DNA of 64,000 nt from the human T2T-CHM13v2.0 reference genome, Homo sapiens. The position numbers were made by a program, and so were the translations under genes. Under the pieces are notes generated by a model. It made no database searches. It was not told the DNA's origin and was given only the letters and a program-made list of their open reading frames with translations. The DNA is taken from NCBI RefSeq assembly GCF_009914755.1, contig NC_060938.1; one strand, written 5' to 3'. Position 1 is the first letter of the stretch, and the number at the start of each line of letters is the position of its first letter. Of this stretch, positions 15,025 to 26,300 are shown one piece after another.

Positions 15025-16149
15025 GTGGGAAACTCTACTACTGTTTTATATTACTTCTTTGAAACTCAGTAATTCATATGTAGTGTTTTTAATAATGCTC
15101 AGATGATTTAGATAATCAGAGTGTTTGATTATCTAAAATATCCAATTTCTTGGATAATGGATCCCATGGTATCAAAAATATAAACCTGAGAATATTTTGG
15201 AAAATAGCTGTTATAACAGAGTCATATCAGCAAATTGGTTTTAGATAAATTGGATAAAGCAATGGAAATTACTAATGATGCTTTTTTCCTCACTAAACAA
15301 AAACATTCTAAGAATATATACAGAGAAGTAAGATAATTGCTATTTATTTTATTTTTGTTTATTTTTTAGAGACAGGGTCTCTCTCTGTCACCCAGGCTGG
15401 AGTGCAGTGGCACGATCCTAGCTCACTGCAGCGTGGAACTCCTGGGCTTCATCAATCCTCCCGCCTCAGCCTCCAGATAGCTGGGATCACAGGTGTGCAG
15501 CACCACATTTGGCTAATTTTAAAATTCTTTGTAGAGAAAAGGGTCTTGCTGTGATACCCAGGCTGGTCTTGAACTCCTGGCCTAAAGTGATCCTCCCACC
15601 TCAGCCTCCCAAAGTGCTAGGATTAGAGGCATGAGCTGCCGTGCCCAGCCATAATTGCTATTCAAAAATCACAACTTCCTAAGTTAATTCTGCCTTCTAA
15701 GGGAGTTGCAAAATTTTTCTCTAAAGTAGAAAAATGATTCTTCATGAAAATACCTTAGTAGTCTTCTTTGGGAATAAAAAGTGGAGTCTGAAGCATATGA
15801 AATGGACAGGCAATGGCAAATAAAAGAATGAGAACTTGAGAGAGAGGTTTTGTGAAGGCCCTGGGACCTTAAGAAGAGGGTGGAAGACGAGGATGATTTT
15901 AAGACAGGCAGCACAGAAAAAAACTCAGCAGGATGTTAGGAGCCCTACAGAGGAGAAAGGGTCAATGAAGTATTCTGAGAAGCAGAAATGACACAGGGGA
16001 TTTAAAAATAGGAATGTCTAATAATTATAATCTATTTGCTATGCTTTGATATGGTATAGTGTCCCTTTTCCCCATTAACCCTCAGCTGTCTTGTGTTGGT
16101 GGTGGTTCTGGGGAATCAAAGTCTCTGTGGTGTTTTTATCCATGGAGTA

Positions 16150-16312
16150 TGTGTAGAGGTGTGTCTGTGATCAGTGTATGTGTATCTCAGTGTATTTGTG
16201 TGATCTCTGTGTATGTATGTGTCTGTGGTCTTTGTATGTTTTTCTGTGGAATGTGTGTATGTGTAGTGTTTGTGTGTTTGTGTTGTATGCGTGTGGTCTC
16301 TTTATGTGTGTG
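16150..16312. repeat. Degenerate (TG)n microsatellite
   Basis: Interrupted GT/TG repeats. Confidence 0.9.
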
Positions 16313-16563
16313 CATATGAGAAACTAGATACCCGAATTATGGGAAAGATTTTTTTTTAATTGTGCATCTGAGCTCTAGAAGGACATCTGAAAGTAATGTA
16401 GAACATGGGCAAAATCATAGTAAAACTTTTCTGATCAATGTTGGTAGTGATTCTGAATATCATATAAAGTTTCCTAGGAATTCTGATTTATTGCACATAA
16501 CCAGGAGATTTCTTCATCCTTAAACACCTTTAAAATGATGTTAAAGTACTTGAGAATAAATAA

Positions 16564-16929
<366 letters not shown>

Positions 16930-17151
16930 TGATCTGCCCGCCTCAGCCTCCCAAAGTGCTGGGATTACAGGCATGAGCCACCGTGCCCAGCCACAGGCGG
17001 CTTTCAGGAAGACCCCACCTCCACTTGGGAACACTGAGCTGCTGGCGCAGGGGAAGGCCACAGGAGCATCGGGAAGCTAATGTGCAATAAGCCTAGAGGG
17101 TCAATTCGGATGATAGCTCTAGGATAAACCTACTAGTCCAGAGAATCTTAC

Positions 17152-17292
17152 CTCAGACCTGTATCTTCATGCCAGATTGGTCTTGAGCAGGCCAAAGTGA
17201 CTCTACACCATCAATTTCTCACTAGGAACAGAGTGAACAAAATCAGTGACACTTTGCCTTCATTTCATATGTCTTTCTTCTTGCTGATGCTA
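17152..17292 (-). other. GPR33: Probable non-coding first exon of GPR33
   Basis: Minus-strand donor GAG|GTAAGA (intron starts 17151) pairs with acceptor ttttcactgtttctcactccacAG|GTCATTATG (exon 2 starts 13224), giving a 3.9-kb intron. The 5' end is approximate. Confidence 0.65.
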
Positions 17293-17314
17293 CTCCCCAA
17301 GCTTGAACTTGCTA

Positions 17315-17326
17315 TTATTTAAATAC
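17315..17326 (-). promoter_or_regulatory. TATA-like element upstream of predicted GPR33 exon 1
   Basis: Minus strand reads GTATTTAAATAA about 25-30 nt upstream of the presumed start. Confidence 0.4.
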
Positions 17327-17871
17327 TCAGTGAGGTCTTTTCCTCTTTTTGGTTCCTTTTTTTCTGTGGAATTTACTGCTATAGAGGTATAGAGAAATGA
17401 GTACTTCTTCAAATTATTTCTCCATTTTGAGGGGCATTAAAAAAAATCTGTAAGTGACCAAGTGCAGTGGCTCACACCTGTAGTCCCAGTGCTTTCTGAG
17501 GCCGAGGCAGGAGGACAACTTGAAGCCAGGAGTTAGAGACCAAAATAAAAAAAAAAAAATAGCCGGGCCTGGTGGTGCACACCTGGCACACCTGTAGCAC
17601 TAGCTACTCAGGAGGAGAGGCTGAGGCAGGAGGATCACTTGAGCCCGGGAGTTCGAGGCTGCAGTGTGCTATGATCATGGTGGTGAATAGCCACCACACT
17701 CCAGCCTGGGCAACAGAGTGAGACCCTGCCTCTCAAAAGAGAGAGAGAGAGAGAGAATGAATTGCATAAGCTAAGTCATTTCATTTAAAAGGTTAATAAA
17801 CTTGTTTCGGGTGTTAATTCCCTTCTCGTATTGGGTCATCCCGCCAGGCACCCACTCTGCCTCAACTCTAG

Positions 17872-18197
17872 GGTGTTTATTAGCAGATGGATGGATGGTG
17901 TTGGGTACATAAGGAGGTGGTAAATATCAGGCAGAGACCAAAATAAACTCTGGAAATGAGCTATCTAATCTTTCTGGACAGAAAATAGTTAGAAGGAAAA
18001 ACTTAAATACTGAGTTTCACATTAAAATGGAATTTATGAGGACAGGCCAGAGATTTATATTATTCAGTTTGGGTTGATGAAGACTGACAGGCAGAACAAT
18101 CTGCATTTGTATGATGGTTGTAGAACGGTTGGAAAAAAACAGAATTGGTTACTACATCCTAGAAGATGATCTCATTATAAGGAATCTTCCAACACAG
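17872..18197 (+). pseudogene. GREB1-like pseudo-exon, region preceding the P-loop
   Basis: Donor CAG|GTAATG. ARDLYYSVW (LYYSVW 18055-18072) vs GREB1 EQSLYYRQW; LHPRR (HPRR 18155-18166) vs FHPRR; then LIIRNLPTQ| vs LLLSGPPQ. The motifs fall in three frames, implying two frameshifts. Confidence 0.75.
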
Positions 18198-19013
18198 GTA
18201 ATGCATTTATGAACCATTACTGACTGAGTTCTACATTTCCTATGTTCTTCTCTCTAATCTATCTCTGAAATTTTTTTTGGATCCCCTTCTGTGCTGACCT
18301 CAGTGTCCTGATTTTTTTCCTGCCTGCTTTCCTCTTCATCTCTTCATTACCAGTGGAGAAAATACATCAAAACCACTGTGCAGCGTTGGTGGTCAAGAGT
18401 TTAGGAATCAAAACCATTACCCAGTCTTTGTTAGACTTAGAATTTTAAAACTTTAACTGCTAGATTGTAGCCTTATTAAAAATAGGCTTAAATTTCAGTT
18501 CTTAATTCATTTGTGGCTGTGACCTTCAACCTGAGAACTGATCTTTGCAGGTTAAGGATAAATTTTCAAACCTGCTACTGTGTTTTAAAAGGGATTTTAA
18601 AAGGAATTTTGACAGGCTTTCATACCCTTGGGGTTAATTCACAGATTTGGAAGCAATCTGAGATATTATTTGGTCCAAACCCACTAATTCTGAAGATTAG
18701 CAAACTGAGACTCAGAGAGGTTAAATGAATTACAAAAGGTTTTCACCAAGAAAAGCTAAGGGCTCCTTCTTATGCTACCTTCTCAATTAAAAAAAGGAAT
18801 TTGGGCCAGGTTTTTCCTCTTCTCCCCTCACTCTCTGTTTCTCAATTCTATAATTTCTAAAATTCATAAATAACAAATATATTAGGGACTAGTTCTTAAC
18901 TTTTCTCCTCAAATATGTACTAGGGCTAGTACAACCATTAGATAGCCTAAAATTTGATTATTATATATCTCTCCTCAGAAATACCCTTAATAGTGAGTAT
19001 TTTCCTCCCATAG

Positions 19014-19260
19014 GTGATTAAACCAATGATATTAACAATGTTAGGAAATACACAGAGTGTATTTGAGGAAGTAATTCTCTTCTGTGGCTTTAGTAATGTG
19101 GCTTCTTTCAGTTCACTTTTCATATTTCAAATCAAGTCAGATGATTTCAAAAAAGAACTTATGGAAATGGAAACAGTTTTATGTTGTTTTGATATAACCA
19201 CTGTTTGAAGCAGAAATGCAGAAGCAGATGGTACTGCTGAACCAAATGTGTGAAAGGCTA
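19014..19260 (+). pseudogene. GREB1-like pseudo-exon (3' end 19230 or 19260)
   Basis: Acceptor ttttcctcccatAG in phase 0, matching the 18197 donor. 64 open codons VIKPMILTML...CCFDITTV; the shifted frame continues PLFEAEMQKQ (cf. GREB1 PFDYIIHDPKYE). Confidence 0.7.
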
Positions 19261-19359
19261 GTAACTCATAGATGCATATAATTTTTAGAGTTGGAAGAGA
19301 CCAAGGAGTTAAATTCATCTAACTCCCATTCTATAAGTATTTCAGATGACTGCAGTTGT

Positions 19360-19955
19360 GTAAGTTATTTATGAATATGATTTGTCTGCTTATAAATGTT
19401 GTGCCTGGATGACTGTCCTTAGTATACTTGTTTATGCTTGCAAAAATATGTATGTTATTATTGCCTATTTTATTGTGTAAAGTGGCCTATAAAGTGTTCT
19501 GTTGTTTTTGTTACTTTGTTTTGTTGTTGATGCTGTTTTTAAGAGACAATGTCTCTCTCTATCATCCAGGCTGGAGTGTGGTGGAGTGATCACGACTGAC
19601 TGCAGTCTTGACCTCCCAGGCTTAAGTGATCTTCCCACTTCAGCCTCCCCAAGTCACTGGGACTACAGGCGTATGCCACTGCAGTGGGCTATTTTTTTAT
19701 TTTTTGTAGAGACGAGGTTTCACTATCTTGCCCAGGCTGATATTGAACTCCTGGGCTCAAGTGATTCTCCTGCCTTGGCCTCCCGAAATGCTGGGATTAT
19801 AGGCATGAGCCACTTCACCTGGCCAATATGTTTCTCAAATAAATCTTTTAAAAATGTAAATGCCTTTAAAGAACTTAAAAAATTTTTTTTAGAATTTTTT
19901 TTTTCAGAATTTTGATCTTTTAGGATTTCAACATTTGGGATTGTGGCCCAAACCC
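19360..19955. mobile_element. Ricksha-like (MULE) DNA transposon end interrupted by AluJ (about 19500-19825, -)
   Basis: Terminal gggattgtggcccaaaccc resembles the Ricksha TIR. Confidence 0.55.
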
Positions 19956-20017
19956 CTATAGGTAAGGGTTTAGCACAGTACCTGGCACATGATATGTATT
20001 AAATATATGATAGCTAA

Positions 20018-20522
20018 TGCCAGGTGGGGTGTCAGAGCCTTGCCACAGAGAGTGATCGGCTTGAAGGTGGTAAAAAGAATTTACCAACAAAAGTATAGGT
20101 TTGAAAAGGAAAGTTGTATTAGATGGAAAGAACACTGTGGCAGAGTGCAATGGGCGGGCGCTTCGGCAAGAGAGGACTGAGGGAGCTGCAGTGGATTTTC
20201 CTTAGGGGTATTTATGGACCTTCAAGCAGGAGCTTAAGGATAATTTGGACCATATTAGTCACACAGGTAATGATAAATGATTACATTTGTAGACATTTTG
20301 GTGCTGTGACATCAGTAAGAATTGCACAGTGAGTTTTGACACGCATGCAGTCTGAAGATCTATAGAAATTCTAGTTACTTATAAGTTTTTGGGAAAGAAG
20401 CCTGGTACCAGATGCCAGCTTTAGATAGGAAGGACATCTAATTACTTCTGAATTCCTCAGATAAGGAGTTTTGCCTCCAGATGGTCTGCTTGCTGACCAC
20501 CAGGTGATCTTTGCTCTCCTCA
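20018..20522 (-). mobile_element. Solo ERV1-class LTR (subfamily uncertain)
   Basis: TG...CA ends with 5-bp TSD GCTAA (20013-20017, 20523-20527). Confidence 0.8.
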
Positions 20523-21114
20523 GCTAACATTAATATTATGTAAGTTGTAGTAGAGAACACCTGCAAGTCCAGTGGGCTGGAGCAAATCTCTGAGCAATGC
20601 AATTCAAGAAACATTCATTGAGTATCTATTGCATGTAAGACAGTATTTGAGACTGGGGAAAATAAAGTAAGTACTTCAAAATAATTGCCCTTAATGTTTG
20701 TAGTTATTAAAGGTGATACCTGAACTCAATAGCTTAGGGATGTTGGGGAGGGCATATTCTGGGTCTTGGAAACAGTATGCTTAAAGGCAAAGCTGAAGAG
20801 AGCAATGCTTCATTTTTCTGGCCTGGTTCTGTACTTTTCAAGGTCACTTCTCACCACCCTCCATATTCCAGCATAGTGACAGTGACAATGCAGGTGTCAC
20901 TCCAGTGCTTTCTAGCCTGGCTGAAGTCACACTCACCTGGAAATCTTTAAAAACATACAAGGTGTTCCTGAGATTTCATTCATGCAATGTTTACCAAGTA
21001 TTTATTGTATTTGAAGCACTATTCTTGCCACTGGGGAGAGACAGTGATAAGAGCTGTATTCTTATGGAGCTTACATTCTAGTGGGGAGAAGTGAGCATTA
21101 AACCAGTAAATAGA

Positions 21115-21421
<307 letters not shown>

Positions 21422-21502
21422 ACAGTAAATAAACACAGAAAGAAGAGAAACATCAGCAAGCACTACAGTGCTATGCAGAATATTAAAACATAGAAATGTG
21501 AG

Positions 21503-23380
21503 ATCATCATGGCAGATGGGAGACAGGACTAGATTGCAGCTCTAACTCGGACGGACAGAGCAGTGTGTGGAGGCTCACATCATGAATTTTAGCTCCAGAA
21601 CGACTGCAGGAACAAAGCAGGAATCCCAAGAGGACCCACAGACCCTCTGAAGGAAGCAGACTGCTCCTGCAGGACCCAGGAGACACCCCAAATACTGTGA
21701 GTGCCCAAACTGCAGAAGTGGGAAAGGGAGACCCTCCTCTCCAGAACACACAACCCCACTAGGGAAAATGAACGTCTAGTTTGTGGGAAGTTTCACACCT
21801 TACCAGGAGCTGAGGCAATTTAGAGAGGCAAGTGAATTATGCAGCAGAGGAACAGGAAAGGTCCTGGGAACTTGCTGGGTCCCCAAGCAGGCCTTTCCTG
21901 CCTGGCCCCACAGGGATCCTTTTGGGAGGGCAGCCAGAGGTGTGGGGGAGTGGGGTGGGGGATGCCACAGGGAGAAGGAAGTCTCCAGCTAAACTTTGTA
22001 ACAATTTGACCTGGGCAAGAAGCCTCCTGGCCAGAACTCTGGCGAGGGTGTGAATCCGGCATCCAGACTCCACAGGTGAGGGAGGAACCAAACCCTTTTC
22101 TTTTGCAGCTGGGAGGCGGGTAGCCTGGGGCAAGTTCTCAAGCCCTGCTTGCTCACTGCCTGGAAACAGACTCGTGGCTGTTAGGGATGGCACAGTGGGA
22201 ATGAGAATGGCCCTTTGGATTGTGTGGGACCTGGGTGAGGCCTGTGACTGCCAGCTTTATCCCACTTCCCTGACAACCTGCATGACTCAGCAGAGGCAGC
22301 CATAATCCTTCTAGGTACACAACTCCATTGACCTGGGAACCTCGCCCCCATCTCCACAGCAGCTGCAGCAAGACCCACCCAAGCACCCAAGGAGAGTCTG
22401 AGGTCAGACGTGCCTTGTCCTGCCCCCCCCCCATGGGCCTTTCCTACCCTCCCTGGTAGCTGAAGACAAAGGGAATATACTCTTGGGAGTTCTAGGACCC
22501 CACTCACTGCTGGTTCCTCTTCATATTACCACAGCTGATGCTCTCTGGAAAGCACCACCTTCCAGCCGGAGACCAACCAGCACAAAAATAGAACATTGAA
22601 TGCAAATGGCCTAAACTCTCCACTTAAAAGATACAGAACTACAGAATGGATAAGAAAGAACTCACCAACCATCTGCTGCCTTCAGGAGACTCACCTAACA
22701 CATAAGGACGCACATAAACTTAAGTAAAGGGGTGGAAAAAGGCATTGCATGCAAATGGACACCAAAAGCAAGCAGGGCTAGCTATTCTTATGTCAGAAAA
22801 AACAAACTTTAAAGCAACATCAGTTAAAAGAGACAAAGAGGGACGTTATATAATGGTAAAAGGCCTTGTCCAACAGGAAAATATCACAATCCTAAACATA
22901 TATGCACCTAACAATGGAGCTCCCAAATTTATAAAACAATTACTAATAGACTTAAGAAATGAGATAGGCAGCAATACAATAACAGTGGGGGACTTCAATA
23001 CTCCACTAACAGCACTAGACAGGTTACCAAGACAGAAAGTTGACAAGGAAACATTGGATTTAAACTATACCTTGGAACAAATGGACTTAACAGCTATGTA
23101 CAGAACATTTCATCCAACAACTGCAGAATACACATTCCATTCAACAGTGCATGGAACTTTCTCCAGGATAGGCCATATGATAGGCCATAAAACAAGACTC
23201 AATAAATTTAAGAAAATTGAAATTATAGCAAGCACTCTCTCAGACCACAGTGGAATAAAACTGAAAATCAACCAGAAATAAACTTCAAAACCATGCAAAT
23301 ACATGGAAATTAAATAACCGGCTCCTCAATGAGCATTGGGTCAAAAACGAAATCAAAATGGAAATTAAAAAGTTCTTTGA
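21503..23380 (+). mobile_element. L1PB-type element: 5' UTR joined directly to ORF2 endonuclease, ORF1 deleted, 3' part missing
   Basis: 5' UTR ggcagatgggagacaggactagattgcagc; jump at about 22595 to ORF2 start; EN peptide ...NIYAPN...GDFNTPL...SDHSGIKL (22745-23281). Confidence 0.85.
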
Positions 23381-26300
23381 GGAGCCAAATCAAGATGGCC
23401 AAATACGAACAGCTCCCATCTGCAGCTCCTAGCAAGACCAACATAGAAGGCAGGTGACTTCTGTATTTCCAACTGAGGTACCCAGTTCATCTCATTCAGA
23501 CTGATTAGGCAATGGGTGCAGCCCACAGAGGGCAAGCAAGAGCAGGTGGGGCATCGCCTCACCTGGGAAGTGCAAGAGGCTGGGGACCTCCCTCTCCTAG
23601 CCAAGGGAAGCCATGAGGGACTGTGCTGTTTGACCCAGATACTATGCTTCTCCCACACTTTTTGCAACCCCCAGACCAGGAGATTCCCTTGTATGCCTGC
23701 ACCATCAGGGGCCTGGGTTTCAAGTACAAAACTAGGCAGCTGTTTTGGCAGACACCGAGCTAGCTGCAGGAAGTTTTTTTTCATACCCCAATGGCGCCTG
23801 GAACCCCAGCAAGACAGAACTGTTCACTCTTCTGGAAAGGGGGCTGAAGCCAGGGAGCCAAGTGGTCTCACTCAGCAGTTCACACTCCCACAGAGCCCAG
23901 TAAGCTAAGAACCACTGGCGTGATATGCTTGCTGCCAGCACAGCAGTCTGAAGTTGACCGGGGATGATGGAGCTTGGTGGGGGGAGGGACGTCCACCATC
24001 ACTGAGGCTTGAGTAGGCAGTTTTCCCCTCACAGTGTTAAGGAAACTGCCAGAAGTTTGGACTGTGCAGAATTCACCACAGCGTGGCAAAGTGGCTGTGG
24101 CCAGACTGCCTCTCTAGGTTCCTTCTCCCTGGGGAGGGCATCTCTGAAAGAAAGGCAGCAGCCCCAGTCAGGGGCTTAAAGATAAAACTCCCACCTCCCT
24201 GGGACAGAAGGGGTGGCTGTGGTTGCAGCTTCAGCAGACTAAAACGTTCCTGCCTGCCAGCTCTGAAGAGAGCAGTGGATCTTCCAGCACAGTGCTCGAA
24301 TTATGCTAAGGGACAGACTGCCTCCTCAAGTGGCTCCCTGCCTCCTGTGCCTCCTGACTGGGAAACACCTCCCAGCAGGAGTTGGCAAACACCTCATACA
24401 GGAGAGCTCTGGCTGGCATTAGGCAGGTGCCCCTCTGGGAAGAAGCTTCCAGAGGAAGGAGCAGGCAGCAGTCTTTGCTGTTCTGCAGCCTCCACTGGTG
24501 ATACTCAGGCAAACAGGGTCTGGAGTGGACCTCCAGCAAACTCCAGCAGACCTGCAGAAGAGGGGCCTGACTGTTAGAAGGAAAACTAACAGACAGAAAG
24601 CAATAACATCAACATCAACAAAAAGGACACCCACGCAAAAACACCATCCAAAGACCATCAGCATCAAAGATTAAAGGTAGATAAATCCACAAATATGAGG
24701 AAAACCCAGCACAAAAATGCTGAAAATTCCATAAACCAGAATGCTTCTTCTCCTCCAAATGATAGCAACTCCTCTCCAGCAAGGGCACAAAATGGGACGG
24801 AGAATGAGTTTGACAAATTGGCAGAAGTAGGCTTCAGAAGGTGGGTAATAACAAACTCCTCTGAGCTAAAAGAGCATGTTCTAACCCAATGCAAGGAAAC
24901 TAAGAGCCTTGATAAAAGATTACAAGAACTGCTAACTAGAAAAGCCAGTTTTGGCAGACACCGAGCTCGCTGCAGGAAGTTTTTTTTCATACCCCAATGG
25001 CGCCTGGAACCCCAGCAAGACAGAACTGTTCACTCTTCTGGAAAGCAGGCTGAAGCCAGGGAGCCAAGTGGTCTCACTCACATAAATGAACTGATGGAAC
25101 TGAGAAACACAGCAAGAGAAATTCGTGAAGCATACACAGGTATCAATAGCCGAACTGATCAAGCGGAAGAAAGGATATCAGAGATTGAAGATCAACTTAA
25201 TGAAATAAAGCGTGAAAACAAGATTAGAGAAAAAAGAATGAAAAGGAATGAACAAAGCCTCCAGGTAATATGGGACTATGTGAAAAGACCAAACCTATGA
25301 TTGATTAGTATACCTGAAAGTGACGGGGAGAATGGAACCAAGTTGGAAAACACTCTTCAGGATATTATCCAGGAGAACATCCCCAACCTAGCAAGACAGG
25401 CCAACATTCAAATAAAGGAAATGCAGAGAACACCACTGAGATACTCCTTGAGAAGAGCAACCCCAAGACACATAATCTTCAGATTCTCCAAGGTTGAAAT
25501 GAAGGAAAAAATGCTAAGAGCAGCCAGAGAGAAAGGTCAGGTCACCTACAAAGGGAAGCCCATCAGACTAACAGCAGATCTCTCTGCAGAAACCCTACAA
25601 GCCAGAAGAGTGGGGGCCAATATTCAACATTCTTAAAGAAGAGAATTTTCAACCCAGAATTTCATATCCAGCCAAACTAAGCTTTATAAGCAAAGGAGAA
25701 ATAAAATCCTTTACAGATAAGCAAATGCTGAGGGATTTTGTTACCACCAGGCCTGCCTTACAAGAGCTCCTGAAGGAAGCACTAACTATGGAAAGGAAAA
25801 ACCAGTCCCAGCCACTGCAAAAACACACCAAAACATAAAGACCAATGACACTATGAAGAAACTGCATCAACTATTGTGCAAAATAACTAGCTAGCATCAT
25901 GATGAAAGGATCAAATTCACATATAACAATATTAACCTTAAATGTAGATGGGAAAAATGCCCCAATTAAAAGACACAGACTGGCAAATTGGATAAAGAGT
26001 CAAGACCCATCAGTGTGCTGTATTCAGGAGACCCATCTCATGTGCAAAGACACAACATAGGCTCAAAATAAAGGGATGGAGGAATATTTACCAAGCAAAT
26101 GGAAAAAAAAAAAAAAAGCAGGGGTTGCAATCCTAGTCTCTGATAAAATAGACTTTAAACCAAAAAAGATCAAAAAAGACAAAGAAGGGCATTACATAAT
26201 GATAAAAGGATCAATGCAACAAGAAGAGCTAACTATCCTAAATGTATATGCATGCAATACAGGAGCACCCAGATTCATAAAGCAAGCTCTTAGAGACCTA

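Noticed and set aside
15107-15137. 12-bp inverted repeat (tttagataatca/tgattatctaaa) as a structured RNA
   Set aside because: Short and AT-rich; probably a DNA-transposon remnant or chance.
18040-18197. TIR-domain-like reading (RDLYYSVWVDED*QAEQSAFV*WLVERLEKNRIG)
   Set aside because: Superficial. The same block fits GREB1 LYYRQW/HPRR/PPQ motifs in collinear context far better.
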